From IMG/VR virus record IMGVR_UViG_2974632701_000001, positions 10,676 through 74,675 of that record: a stretch of DNA of 64,000 nt; one strand, 5' to 3'. This stretch comes from a virus. Lineage: Duplodnaviria > Caudoviricetes. The position numbers and the translations under genes are program-made. Positions 38,201-46,818 of the stretch are shown one piece after another (position 1 is the first letter of the stretch; every line of letters starts with the position of its first letter). The notes below the pieces were generated by a model that saw only the letters and a list, made by a program, of their open reading frames with translations, searched no databases and was not told where the DNA came from.

Positions 38201-40121
38201 CTTTCGCTACATTGCGAACAGTGGTCACATCTGTAGGAGCACCCTCTTTATTCAGATCCAGATTGGTGGCTTTAGACACCACATTCTGAACCATTTTCGA
38301 AGAAAGAACCTTTCCAAACTCTTTCTGAGCCTGCTTAGGCAGACTTGTCACCATGCCTTGCAGCTTCTGGAATTGAGCAGCAGCATAGGCTGTATCAGCC
38401 TCAGTTGCTTTGAAGCCTTTGGATCCCATCTTCGCCACAATACCAGTGACGTTTTCAAAGACGTTGCGTGAACCACCAGCAACATCTGCCAGACCTTCAG
38501 ATGGGACTTCCACATCAGGAGTTGAGAAAGCAGTCTGAACACTGTCACGAAGCTGACCTTTGGCAGCTACTTCACGCAGAGATTCAGTAGCATTCACAGT
38601 AGCCTGAACCGACTCGACAACTTCTTTGTCAGTCGGACGATTGGTGTATTCAATGATTTCTTGTCCCACACGTCCTGCCAGTTTACTGGCTTGTTCTGCA
38701 CCAACAGAAACCACTGAACCAGCAGCTTCACGAACTGGACGAGTGACATCAGAAAAGACTTCAGCAGCACGAGAAACAGGTGAACCACCCAAGATCTCTT
38801 GACGCAGAGGATCATTGTACGTGGTTTCAGTGAACAGAGTATTGGCTGCATTCACAGCTTCATTGGCAGCCCCACGAGCAGTGTTTGGCGTAGCCATAAC
38901 ACCAGCAACACCCATACCTGCAATGGCACCCAGAGCAGCTTCTTCACCTACTCCATCAAGAGTACCACGACCAATCTGAGCATACTCTTCCACAGAAAGA
39001 TTTCGGTTGATGGTTCCAGATGCACCTTGACCAGCTTCTTCGATACCTTCACCAGCAATCGACAGAAGACCTTTGGTGACACCAACACCACGGAAACTAC
39101 CGATAGGCATAGCTTCAAACCGTGAGGTGATGAAACCAAGAGCAAGAGACGGTGCAATCTGACGAATAGCAGCAGTTTCAGCAGCCATACCAGCAAGCTG
39201 AAGTTGAGCATCTTCAGGACTGAAACCCTCAGCCAACAGAGCATTGTAGACCGAAGAAGTCTGTGCCAGTCGTTCCATAGGAATCGACATCACATCATTC
39301 ACAGTCTCAGCGTACACACCTGCAACTTCAGTCGTTGCTGCACCAGCAGAGATACCAGCAGCTTGTGCTGCACGTTGAGCCACAGTGTTCCGAATGAGAG
39401 CAGTCGATGCACCCTTGGCAATCAAACCACCTGCACCAGCCAGAGGCACTGACAGAGCCAGATCACCGATACCTTCAGAGATGATCTGCCCAGTCACATC
39501 AGGACTGTTCCATGCACGTTCAGCAGACTCGACAGCGTTACGTCCTTCACGACGTAGAGCAGCCATAAAAGGATCAGCACCTTCTTGAACTTCACGTTCA
39601 TAAGTTGCTTGGTTATCCATTGTGTCCAGTTCACCTTCGATCTGGAACAGACGAGTACGATCTTGAAGCTGAGTCGTCAGGTTATCCTGAAGGAATGATT
39701 CAACATTCGCATTGTGTTCACTGAGTATATCAGCAGTGGCTTGCTCACGAGGAATAGCCCCGTCAGTCATCCAATCAATCATGTACCCTGCACCAATACC
39801 AGCAAGGTTTCCAAAGGTACGATAAGCAGCACCAGCCGCTCCAGTTGCACTGTCACTGATCACTTCACCAGTTGAACGATCTCCACGATCAATACGCTCA
39901 ACCCGAGCACTCCCTTCACCCATACGCATGGCAGCACGATATACAGGATCTCCGTACTTCGCACGGATTTCCACATCATTGAGAGTAGCCATGTCTTGGA
40001 TGAGTTGATCACTGAAACCAGTGTTTCGTGTCCGAGCGACAGCAGCGGTATCCTGAAAGTTAGGATCACGAAGACGGGCAGCAATCATTTCAGATGCTAG
40101 GAGTTCGTCGCGTTCAGACAT
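29223..40121 (-). CDS. virion-encapsidated RNA polymerase (N4 gp50-like)
   Basis: 3632 aa; T7-like motifs FELDGLTNG (A), RNTAKNPMTKVNYG (B), PVFDGIDV (C); I saw no Cys in the translation, as expected for N4 vRNAP. Confidence 0.95.
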   Translation of the reverse strand: MSERDELLASEMIAARLRDPNFQDTAAVARTRNTGFSDQLIQDMATLNDVEIRAKYGDPVYRAAMRMGEGSARVERIDRGDRSTGEVISDSATGAAGAAYRTFGNLAGIGAGYMIDWMTDGAIPREQATADILSEHNANVESFLQDNLTTQLQDRTRLFQIEGELDTMDNQATYEREVQEGADPFMAALRREGRNAVESAERAWNSPDVTGQIISEGIGDLALSVPLAGAGGLIAKGASTALIRNTVAQRAAQAAGISAGAATTEVAGVYAETVNDVMSIPMERLAQTSSVYNALLAEGFSPEDAQLQLAGMAAETAAIRQIAPSLALGFITSRFEAMPIGSFRGVGVTKGLLSIAGEGIEEAGQGASGTINRNLSVEEYAQIGRGTLDGVGEEAALGAIAGMGVAGVMATPNTARGAANEAVNAANTLFTETTYNDPLRQEILGGSPVSRAAEVFSDVTRPVREAAGSVVSVGAEQASKLAGRVGQEIIEYTNRPTDKEVVESVQATVNATESLREVAAKGQLRDSVQTAFSTPDVEVPSEGLADVAGGSRNVFENVTGIVAKMGSKGFKATEADTAYAAAQFQKLQGMVTSLPKQAQKEFGKVLSSKMVQNVVSKATNLDLNKEGAPTDVTTVRNVAKVNPTAVNPDATDLILEQSGEQISPEDTKLMKAASKLARIVNRNVEAKVQISRTENVNLTASGRPAGKEKTITDVSRQIFADGMVSEGGKKLRSINDFVREIFTGIQSPEGTVINQQGRVQTVSDVMTDMQNFAQHMVNKVQALNASLADGYITPEGKRGGRLKDFDSPVRGVRREGVRYSPDNANSVAFAQQVAEDQNAVVDAFNTLREEFPEILGSFPKMEKVELAKPDTQPTGIEEEVSQETSDEQNQQTNQETQTPTANDEVSPETEEQNQTTEEDLNISTDTGFITDDNDNVMVFYHGTGGVEFDQFADSKDGIFLTTRKGQGREYAIGKSNPRLMSVNVRATNPLLVETDDPQNQWLTKRGQLEMDYKAGNHDAIILSNGTEAIVIVFNGDQIAIVNQNIDARPTAVEEESNSERDETEEGAPATSEVETNEEIVSDEPIPSSTKWDDVVAQMTEAEKSRMRETVRERLGNARDFIKTTMPTMNKFIKQIRIVPMRVAGLGHAFFADQTIHIREDGFNPDGTLNDLGKAILIHEAGHLVDNHANLVGRPYSSARMFYKGGQIFNEMNALRGKMSGYFNNRLEYAFTRKDPETIASELFAVATEMAFSTEEFSGELGYTAAFMEEVYGDLIRTETTGTAAEVSSEETQAPNGERDTGESEGGDTAPVSGFIRKVTELFNKSFAPRTGDAVVTSLEDFMQKFGTGFKMNREYLTIMNEVLPEFVQRMNARLKMRVKDGQITKTIAQHIKDGRVEFRKFKAGALMNPETERYDENMLNLAVLAVMDFIATAAASDPRKLDDTLEKMGLNKLDLTEEGLNKVLFGIPPSQLSDTIADDLKRLWHIKENEESSVDDLEGITHGFAKEILTVLAEMDIIDIDSVKLTNETNQQDAATILVNTEKMSDYQKRIAGAKGEGISNTVRETIFNESRESYSIGSKIPTVSVRKGRGTGIMSVLERMAVRRMQDIPHRLQEGRARLLEAIGEDNLAIMLGYRDPASVTHPVLKRSVLGKNASVRRDLLEVTDLVNGMMEQQASEVFFPVGVTQVGRHQMQGPNPQNNKLMRYVVAPQRSVLSTTDADDTQAFWLGVVQQADLFKAEKKDHATHLPAAIETFNTKYGNAVDMVKTMLEGGEFDSDAFLAEVGQVEPAVLAAIEAVAVRELAMERGDATFETALSFELDGLTNGAANMMINFGHGLMTPEDWGNFKRVGYFLGTTAMTVTKFFTNKEKDLYEMVSQLGDQMMTGDLKFLKPWQQEQRKAAGRLASAFGNFEMDTTTGDFWMTRNTAKNPMTKVNYGSGVQGVAIGVADDMLLEFYEKLQDMPENADWDTYYYPGVLKDMETLGLKLPNSFDKNFVFSNDQVEAFRKSIQFTVGKVLTNATRQVLGHRIEQLNDMLVLSTNIQSKYLQKLFDREINLLAEKLAREGTIKRNKKGEPNKGEIPRKYFKELEDRLSQMGAIFVSDEQTLAVGGFDKKLTDLRLSSNFDEKLVTPARMRRPDDVGVRALPFAVIGTGDAMMMNLIFGADNAPNDVLPVFDGIDVPVSKIKQYAPQINEAVLKSWDRDVLGMAVQNFEGFMSNKLDSDILNDVWAELMTDNKKESLKFFQGPEDLQAEMAKRLKENRARKKVFRQMAVSVDQMGGSDVGFSRDGETWTLSEVNHRIEKEMNNDTKPKDVKKPVEFTTAKALLDNMRNLTPDQKKAVEILKPLMGDVTVIFGTLDQLNEYRQQNFPDDGVVLKAPSNYDFKNNVMFMSVDTNESVLHEMVHAATYGLVLNHYEGVTNPAVARLEVLMQEFMDIQSDGKAMNEAQAAIARRMARNDPVNQAAAVNEFMAYVLTNSRVRTAAKQASVIANFGSKVMALLRRMLGGMPASMFDHVVFNTRVLNEPNVDDGGNGNTPPPDDPGDETSGPFENHSDYWIENLKAYMRSFVTDSPAKQKTGRDIYNAEKVINDLRQGGLLANSKDRSTFKAIYGIMLSNMKLDATARIALTRVFQHIVENMTPEMFGSTPEDRQTYSAVLNSFGSIENEGTSDAAAVLFALSQTSKKFRAVLEQIPAPEAEASVEGSLVDFMTRAASFSMKKLMGSLNESNAPQEVLDAVAKIIIDHDKEKEFRLLKRVTESLTAADNFVSGKLSATSDWMLRKDQDIQAQSRGKVIPFLMSSVTLATNLLDKKNTELTGEATKRITHMGLPVLSIVPIREMVSEIVGTDKQNSKVVDLLNKVNAAVSGMRQAYREDLPGILEREFINPPTKEQWKAMFDTLAKTDFSALVNLDNMRQTMKFLEESATRRNEIQRLEQDLAQTLSGSAMADVIAKSKQLADFMNGQSVGKLLVRNAYAIVKNLDGEGTPDMVSKIDRLVSVYALDRMDSQTREEVVQLWQADPNGVTSMVAYIQGLNEAEEAKPGITEQARLNGYKGYIPNEGRKNTQIIVDLDTNKDARERMGYVKLDIPYEGETDSIFPRSYYISTVRRQGGYSQGVMQNVAMTYRGVDTNTGLTVGNSVAGLITGDSSVDRILQNQLNPNTVLENEQEALMPVFAGDGSVLGFERSISEEMQNLHLGREENLAVMLGAWAGRQVEESLADQYNKQLVDELHKLWEKRPNGTDAEFEDMKRSSDKIYQESWKLIPQSTKNYIESKFEGRFMVPRSMVNLAVGYREPSITDMWSGKTRIPKPLQAAIVASTEAIMGRKAMRWLSTGEEALQGAVSTAKDIIVVRSLVVPVANVQANVMQLANAGVPVKQITKGYRAKLAEAEEFIQNRTKIIDLQQKMKIARNDNQKQILQDRIQVLQDLNKQMSIAPMIEAGQFKNLSEGITDLDVDISSGRIGDYIEKLSERLPERATDIVKVGLVSKSTKLYQVLNRATQYGDFIAKSIYYDHLISQGLSAEVASAMINEEFVNFSVLPGRVRSGLESNGLTWFMAFKIRILKIAAKQMRDNPVRSLAINSVVDVGGPITDNILVVIAEGRLDYATGFEMLFDAPELNPWINLMNGGQ

Positions 40122-40188
40122 TATGACACCTCGGAAGGATTTGTAACCTGACCCTTAGTGTCATAATGCCTGTAGGCGATCAAGAGGT

Positions 40189-42189
40189 TTAGCGACCCTC
40201 AGTCGGACTTTGACGAGAAAGAGTAGACGCAGTTTGTTCCAGTTGCTGTAGACGAGTCAGCAGTTGCTCACGAGTACGAGCATCATTTGGATCATTTGGA
40301 TCGAGCTTATTCAGACGAGACAGGATTTGACGCTGTTGACCAGCATTTTGTTCCAACTGAGATTCAATGATACTGATGTCTGAACGAGCACGATCAAACT
40401 CACGACGACGCTCAGGAGTAAGCTGGGCAATCGTTTGTTCGATGATCTCCGGATTGAAACGGTTTTCAATCGTGTTTCGGGTAAGATCAATATCACCTTC
40501 CCACCATGCACCATCATCACCCGGATCTCGAATAAAGGCATCACGCATTGCCACTGCCATGACAGCAGGTTCAACATTGAACTTGTCAGCCATCTCGTTG
40601 ATGTAGTTTCGAAGTACGTTCGAATCGTAATCACCACGAGTTTCAGGATCAGTTGGTAGACCCAGATCAGTTTCCAGATTGGTCGTAGGATCTTCAGCAT
40701 ACCGACCAATATCATTCAGAGCACGATACTGATCTTGACCTTGGAACTGACGAGTAGCGTCAGCCACAGTATTTGCAGCAGCAGCTTCGATAGCTCCAGT
40801 GATACCAGCATCCAGTGAACCACCAGTAAGATCTGAACTAAGACCTTCAGACTGACCGATCATTTCAGCACCACGACGTGCCGCAGCAAGAGCTTCAGCT
40901 TGGGTGAATCCACCACTTTCGAGGAGCATCTCACGAATCATGTTTTCAGCTTCTGCACCACTGATTGCATTAGGTGAGTTCACCACGCTCTCAGTGATAC
41001 CTGCCAGCATGTCATTCTGAAGTTGGGTACGTTCATCAACAATGAGACCATCACCACGAGCACCAGCTTCACGAAGAGGAGCTACTCGACCCAGAACTTC
41101 ATCAGGACGGAACAGACCTGAAGCAGCCATTTCAGCAGCCCAAGCATCTCCACCAAACCCTGTTTGTGTGTATTGTCGTGGACCACCTTGTGGTGCTCGT
41201 GCTGGACCTTGAGGGGCTGAACCAGAAGCAGCAGCAAGAATAGTGTCCCGATTTACAGGAGGCATTGAACGGATTTCATCAATCATGACATCCAGTTCAG
41301 CATCAGAAACATTCTTGAAACCTTCCCATTCAGCACGCAGACCAGCACGCTGTGATTCCCGAGTCCGAGGACCAAGGACACGCTGTTGAGCCAGATACAG
41401 ACCAAGCTGTTCCTGCACAGCAGGTGAGAATGGTACATCATCAGGCAATGCCAGATCTTCTTGCAGACCCCGAAGAGTCGAACCAACAATCTGGAACTTA
41501 CCCATTGGAGTAGCAACACGTCCAATCTCAGCATTCACAGACTGACCATACTGACCACTTGGTGAAGCAAATTCACCAGCCTGACCAATCGTCATCTCTG
41601 AAACTCGAACACCATTTTCCCGGTTACGATGTCCAAAGAGAGTATCGTATTGGTCAGCACCACCACCACTTTCAGTCCGGTCAATGTGAGCAGAGAATGC
41701 CGTACCACCCGTAAGAGCATTCCGTTCAGCTTCCAAGAAGCCACCAGCATTCCCACGAAGCCAAGCATCTTGTGCTTGTCCATGACCCCATTCAGTAGCC
41801 ACACGAGCTTCACCAGCATTGGCACGAGAATTCGCATCATTGCCCCAGCCAATAGAGGCTTGAGTCCGATCAGAGTTCACGTTGGTTGAACGAATATCAG
41901 CCCGTGCTCCCATAGCACTGTTCAGGTATTCAATACCACGCTGACCCAAGTTCAGATCACTGAAGGCACCACTTTCAAATGCAGTCCGAAGCTGATCTTG
42001 ATCCATCCCACCAATACGCTTGATGAGTTCATTCTCAGCTTTGAGTTCTGCACCTTCTTGATATCGACCAAGAATACCTTCAGCAGCCGAAGCTGCATCG
42101 TTGATACCACCACGCATCTCTGACAACAGTCCAGAGACATTTGGTGCAGCGACATTCAGTTGACGCCATTGCAGTCGGGGATCAGCCAT
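40189..42189 (-). CDS. virion ejection protein (N4 gp51-like) with muramidase-like domain
   Basis: Synteny next to vRNAP; internal IDRTESGG...YDTLFG...GKFQIVGSTL...EWEGF is lysozyme-like. Confidence 0.7.
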   Translation of the reverse strand: MADPRLQWRQLNVAAPNVSGLLSEMRGGINDAASAAEGILGRYQEGAELKAENELIKRIGGMDQDQLRTAFESGAFSDLNLGQRGIEYLNSAMGARADIRSTNVNSDRTQASIGWGNDANSRANAGEARVATEWGHGQAQDAWLRGNAGGFLEAERNALTGGTAFSAHIDRTESGGGADQYDTLFGHRNRENGVRVSEMTIGQAGEFASPSGQYGQSVNAEIGRVATPMGKFQIVGSTLRGLQEDLALPDDVPFSPAVQEQLGLYLAQQRVLGPRTRESQRAGLRAEWEGFKNVSDAELDVMIDEIRSMPPVNRDTILAAASGSAPQGPARAPQGGPRQYTQTGFGGDAWAAEMAASGLFRPDEVLGRVAPLREAGARGDGLIVDERTQLQNDMLAGITESVVNSPNAISGAEAENMIREMLLESGGFTQAEALAAARRGAEMIGQSEGLSSDLTGGSLDAGITGAIEAAAANTVADATRQFQGQDQYRALNDIGRYAEDPTTNLETDLGLPTDPETRGDYDSNVLRNYINEMADKFNVEPAVMAVAMRDAFIRDPGDDGAWWEGDIDLTRNTIENRFNPEIIEQTIAQLTPERRREFDRARSDISIIESQLEQNAGQQRQILSRLNKLDPNDPNDARTREQLLTRLQQLEQTASTLSRQSPTEGR

Positions 42190-42201
42190 AGGGAGTTCTC
42201 C

Positions 42202-42666
42202 TTAGAGAGAATGACGGTCAATTTCGCCTTGAACTTCAGTATCAGATCGAACGCCTTCTGCGTACCGACCACGAATCCGATCTTCAAGAGCGGTGTTATA
42301 GGTTTGGGTTTGGTTCTGGAGGTTCGTATCCCATTGCTCACGAGCAAAAGCCATCTGTTCTTTGGCCATCTTGTGAGCTTGGTAGCTGGACCACAGGTTT
42401 CCAAGAACCTGCACACCACCAAGAATCAAACCAGCACCACCCTCTTTCGACCAGAACCCCGGTCCTTGGCCAGTTTGAGGAGCACCAGCACCTGCACCAA
42501 AAACAGTCGTGGTATCAGTCACACCCATGTTCGATAGGCCGGGAGTAGAACCCCCGCCGACAGGAGTCCCCATCGATAGTTGATTGTTTGCTCCGAAACC
42601 CGTGGAACTCAGATCCAGTCCATTGGTCGTAGCTGAATTGTAGTTATTGAACTGTAGTTCTGCCAT
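42202..42666 (-). CDS. small virion protein (N4 gp52-like)
   Basis: 154 aa, synteny, C-terminal amphipathic helix. Confidence 0.7.
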   Translation of the reverse strand: MAELQFNNYNSATTNGLDLSSTGFGANNQLSMGTPVGGGSTPGLSNMGVTDTTTVFGAGAGAPQTGQGPGFWSKEGGAGLILGGVQVLGNLWSSYQAHKMAKEQMAFAREQWDTNLQNQTQTYNTALEDRIRGRYAEGVRSDTEVQGEIDRHSL

Positions 42667-42668
42667 GT

Positions 42669-45416
42669 TCAGTTCCTCGGCAATGTTTTGGCTACATCCA
42701 CATAGTCGTATACCATTGAGTGGGTTAGTTCCACAATGTCACTTCCGGTCATCGTGGTTCTGCGGATGTACTCATCAGCAGTTTCAGGAAGATAACTCCC
42801 ACCACTGCCACGTCCATTGCCTGACCCTTCTGTAAGGAATAACGGATTAAAATTCAAACCGTTTCCACCACCAAGATCAGCAATTAGGTCGTTAATATAG
42901 TCCATCCGTTCTTCATACTCATTTCGATCTGCTTCCAGATCCCCTTGCATCTCTGCAATGTCACCCTGAACCCAGCCAGCGTAACCATTGGCAACAGCAT
43001 TCCCAAGGCCCAGAAGACCTTCTGCACTGAAAAGGTTGGTTCCAGAAATTGCTGCACCCAGAGCGAAACCAGCGATAGCAGCAAACAAAGCACCCCATTT
43101 CTCTCCGAAGAGAGCCGTACCAACAACCTTCAGAACTTCAGCAATGATGATCGAAGCGATGTAGTTTGCCACCACACCAGCAACCAAGGCAGCCGTACCT
43201 GTCAAACCTAATGCTGTACCAATGGCCAAGTTACCACCGAGCACACCACCCCCTGCTGCAAATGCACCGGGGAAAACAATCACAGCTACGATGATCACCA
43301 AAATCACCAGAAGGATCTTAAAGATACCTCTCTGATACCACCGTTGTTTTGTGATCGTATAGCTGTTGAACAGAATGAAAGCATTGGCTGTAGACATCTG
43401 AGTGTAGTCCACAATCCCCATTTCCAACATGGTTGGATAATGGAGTGGAATCAAAAAACCAGATTCTTCGTTGTCTTCCAGAGCTTCTTTGGAAGTAATG
43501 ACAACAGCTTTCCCACCATAGACATAGTTGTAATGAACCAGTCCCCAAATGGTCATCACTCGATAGGTATTATCAGAAGTCTGCCAATAGATCTGCATTG
43601 ACGGAATGGTACTTGTCACCAGTCGTTCAATTTCTCCATCTCGATTGTTATAGCTTTCACGACGTTGCCATGTGAAATCTGAACCATTACGAAAAACGAT
43701 GTCGTCTTTCTTTGCAGGCTGAAAACCAGCAGTCACAAGGTCAATATCAAATTGCCCAGTGAACTGTTCAATCTCTGCATGAACCCAAACCAATCGAAGA
43801 TCAAAGCCCAATTCAGCTTCATTCAGTCGAATGGTATTAGATGGAGGTACAGGAAGAGCAGGCAATTGAGGACGAGGTGGGATATCCCCATAGTTTCCAC
43901 CTTCTCCAGCACTGGCTACTTCAGCTTCCCATGCACGTAGAGCAGCAAGGGCTGCATCATATGCTGCAACCTGATCTTGAAAGTTAGTCATAGCACTGCC
44001 TGATCCACCTTGTTGGAAAGGCAGAATTCGTTCAAAGAAATTGAACACATACCGACGACAGGCTTTTTCTTTCACATTCAGTGAGACTCCAAAGCACAAA
44101 TAGGCATAGTCAATATCATCAATGCTTTGATTCTCTTCGACAGTATCAATCAAAGAGCCAATAGACTTCTGATAACCAAACCCACGTTTGTAGGCTTTGG
44201 CCATTTCATCATACAGTCCATTCCCTGTAGTCGAATCGTAGATTGGATCTTTCAAAGACACGTTGTTGATTCGCAAAGGCATGAATGGGTAGAATTCTTG
44301 TTGAAGGCCAGAGACATCAACATCTCCAACCAATCCATCCAGCACAGCATTTCCTGTTCCAACTTGATAAATGAACATCTGTTCAGGTCCGTATTGGTTT
44401 CCCTCATACAGAGCCTGAGTATCCAAACGAGTTGAATATGATTCAGCAATCTGCTGACCAGTCGTTGTCTCTGTTCTGGTTTCAATAACTCCACCACCCA
44501 ATGGAGTATTGGTCACAACCACATTGGTAAAACCACTCACAATGGAATGAGTTTCAGTTACGCTTCGAATCTGACGTTCACCTTCAACCTCAATCCCAGA
44601 TGAGCCAACATAGATCTCACGTTCATACGTAAAATTCCCATCTGGCAGTTCTGCTGAAACAGAAGCATCGACGGTATCTTCAACCGTCACATCTGGATCC
44701 CCATTGTTGTAGCTCAGGACAGTTGTCCTTGAGCGAACCAAGGTAACAGGATCAAAGGTGTCATCTGCTGCGGTCTGAGTCCATCCAGTGACATCAGGAT
44801 GCACAGTGACAGTCTCAATCGTTCCTGTGACCACTGGACCTTCTGAGGACTCCAGATACTCAACGTACTTTCCCACGACATAGCGATTGTTCGGACTGTA
44901 CACTGGAGCATCAGTGTTGAGCCATGAGAAGAAATCGTTGTTGGGGAACTCCACTGAAAAGGTGTTTGTGCTTGGTTCATATTCCCCAAGCCAATCCTCA
45001 CCGATTCGAGTTGGATGATTCAGAAGAATCCACCGTTCCAACCAAGCCTCAAAATCCCCATCAGTCACTTCTGCTGCAAAGCAACGAAGAGTCATTCCTG
45101 CTGGTGCAGGAGGAACTGCTGATGGAGGAATCTGACCTTGGACCACATTGGTATCCAGAGGTACAGTGTTCACAATGGTTGCAGTTGGCAAACCACGGAT
45201 ATCTTCCCGATCACAGTATTTGAAGAACTGACGTTGCTTCAGTCCGGGACCACCCATGTAGGCTTTTGAGATATCATCTGCGATAGACGGACTGTTTGAG
45301 ATCACAGATCCAAAGACTGTTCCCTTCAAGAAATCAGGACGGTCGTTCTCATCCCCTGCCATATTGTACAGGGTTGAAGACACGTTGATGATTTTCTTTG
45401 TAGAGAACAGTCCCAT
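42669..45416 (-). CDS. structural protein (N4 gp53-like)
   Basis: MGLFS..K.I.VSS N-terminus, hydrophobic C-terminal segment after WYQ.GIFK, synteny. Confidence 0.75.
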   Translation of the reverse strand: MGLFSTKKIINVSSTLYNMAGDENDRPDFLKGTVFGSVISNSPSIADDISKAYMGGPGLKQRQFFKYCDREDIRGLPTATIVNTVPLDTNVVQGQIPPSAVPPAPAGMTLRCFAAEVTDGDFEAWLERWILLNHPTRIGEDWLGEYEPSTNTFSVEFPNNDFFSWLNTDAPVYSPNNRYVVGKYVEYLESSEGPVVTGTIETVTVHPDVTGWTQTAADDTFDPVTLVRSRTTVLSYNNGDPDVTVEDTVDASVSAELPDGNFTYEREIYVGSSGIEVEGERQIRSVTETHSIVSGFTNVVVTNTPLGGGVIETRTETTTGQQIAESYSTRLDTQALYEGNQYGPEQMFIYQVGTGNAVLDGLVGDVDVSGLQQEFYPFMPLRINNVSLKDPIYDSTTGNGLYDEMAKAYKRGFGYQKSIGSLIDTVEENQSIDDIDYAYLCFGVSLNVKEKACRRYVFNFFERILPFQQGGSGSAMTNFQDQVAAYDAALAALRAWEAEVASAGEGGNYGDIPPRPQLPALPVPPSNTIRLNEAELGFDLRLVWVHAEIEQFTGQFDIDLVTAGFQPAKKDDIVFRNGSDFTWQRRESYNNRDGEIERLVTSTIPSMQIYWQTSDNTYRVMTIWGLVHYNYVYGGKAVVITSKEALEDNEESGFLIPLHYPTMLEMGIVDYTQMSTANAFILFNSYTITKQRWYQRGIFKILLVILVIIVAVIVFPGAFAAGGGVLGGNLAIGTALGLTGTAALVAGVVANYIASIIIAEVLKVVGTALFGEKWGALFAAIAGFALGAAISGTNLFSAEGLLGLGNAVANGYAGWVQGDIAEMQGDLEADRNEYEERMDYINDLIADLGGGNGLNFNPLFLTEGSGNGRGSGGSYLPETADEYIRRTTMTGSDIVELTHSMVYDYVDVAKTLPRN

Positions 45417-45428
45417 AGATCGTTCTCC

Positions 45429-46781
45429 TTACAGGCCATTGTTAGTGCGGATTGCTCCCAGAACATCACCCACAGCGTCCACTTCAAACTCGATAGCCGG
45501 AGGCACAGCATCATCCAGAGTTTTCCGGGTGATCCACGTATCCAAGAACAGCTTACCTGCTTTGTGCTGGGCATCTTTGATGAAGCTGTCGATCTGCTGA
45601 TCGTACAGGTCTTTCTGTTTCCCAACAGAACCAACCACAACAGCACCATCTGAACGGTTGTTCAGAGTTTTGGCCCGTTCAGCTTCACCCTGTTCCGTAG
45701 TCAGAGTGATCTGCTCTTGGATCAGGTTAAGCTGCGTAGGCAGAGTGTTGTTCAGGTTGTACTGCTTGATGTTGTAATCAGCAGTAAGGTTCTGTTTCTG
45801 AAGCCCAACCACACCTGAAACCGGAGTGAGACCATCACGACGAGTATCCAGAGTATTGGCACGCTGAGTTTCAATCTGTTCCCGAATGAGATCAGTTTCA
45901 GCAGGTTGACGCTGGTTCAGGATGTGCTGCTGCTGTGCCAGTTCAACTGGTTGCAGCATGTCACGCTTGAAGTCTTCCATATCCGCTTGCGTCGGAATGA
46001 TCCGATCACGTTGCAGTTTCTGGATGTCTTCTTCCAAAGGCTGAAGAACACGGTTCTGGAATTCAGCAATAGCTGCTTGAGCAGGAAGGATACGATCCAC
46101 CTGAATGTTGTTCATAGCCACAGTCGAAGGCATCACAGCAGTACGTTCGTAATGCGTGATTGCCAGATCAGCAGGCTGCTGATAATTCCGCTGGAATTGC
46201 TTGATAGCAACTTCCGCAGTGACTGCATCATGATTTGCCTCTTCGGTTGCAATCTGCATCTTCGTCAGAGCATATTGAGCAGCCGTGAGGTTAAGCTGGA
46301 AGTTTGCATTCGCAGCTTCAATCTTGGTTCGTTCCAGATTGATCAGAGCTTCAGTAGCTTGGATCTCAGCAATACGAGCCTGCATCTGTGCAGTGATTGC
46401 TTGCCAGCGAGCTTGGTCTTTTTGAAGAGTAAAGCCAACAGCCTGAGCCATGACCTGATTTGCAACAGCCGTATAGACTTCTGCATACTGGGAACCAGTG
46501 ATTCGATTCCCTTTGAATTCACGTTCAAGGTGCTTGTCCATGGCAGTCATGAACACGTCAAATGCACCTGTACCTCCAAGGGATTTATCCCCCAAAGTCA
46601 CTTCAGCAATCGTAGCACCAATGACATTTTGATACAGAGCAGAGTTGGCATCCGGGGTGAAGTCGTACTTCGGATCAGTGAAGTCAGGAGACGGAGGAAT
46701 AGTCACCCCCGTCGTAAGAGCATTGAACAGATTATTCGCCAAACCAGACGAATTATCAGAGTTTACGAATTCATTGGACAT
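45429..46781 (-). CDS. structural protein (N4 gp54-like)
   Basis: 450 aa; G.FDVFM.A...HL.REF...RITG..YA motif; synteny. Confidence 0.75.
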   Translation of the reverse strand: MSNEFVNSDNSSGLANNLFNALTTGVTIPPSPDFTDPKYDFTPDANSALYQNVIGATIAEVTLGDKSLGGTGAFDVFMTAMDKHLEREFKGNRITGSQYAEVYTAVANQVMAQAVGFTLQKDQARWQAITAQMQARIAEIQATEALINLERTKIEAANANFQLNLTAAQYALTKMQIATEEANHDAVTAEVAIKQFQRNYQQPADLAITHYERTAVMPSTVAMNNIQVDRILPAQAAIAEFQNRVLQPLEEDIQKLQRDRIIPTQADMEDFKRDMLQPVELAQQQHILNQRQPAETDLIREQIETQRANTLDTRRDGLTPVSGVVGLQKQNLTADYNIKQYNLNNTLPTQLNLIQEQITLTTEQGEAERAKTLNNRSDGAVVVGSVGKQKDLYDQQIDSFIKDAQHKAGKLFLDTWITRKTLDDAVPPAIEFEVDAVGDVLGAIRTNNGL

Positions 46782-46818
46782 TGCTCTCTCCTTTTCTCTT
46801 CACCCCGGTATAGACCAC

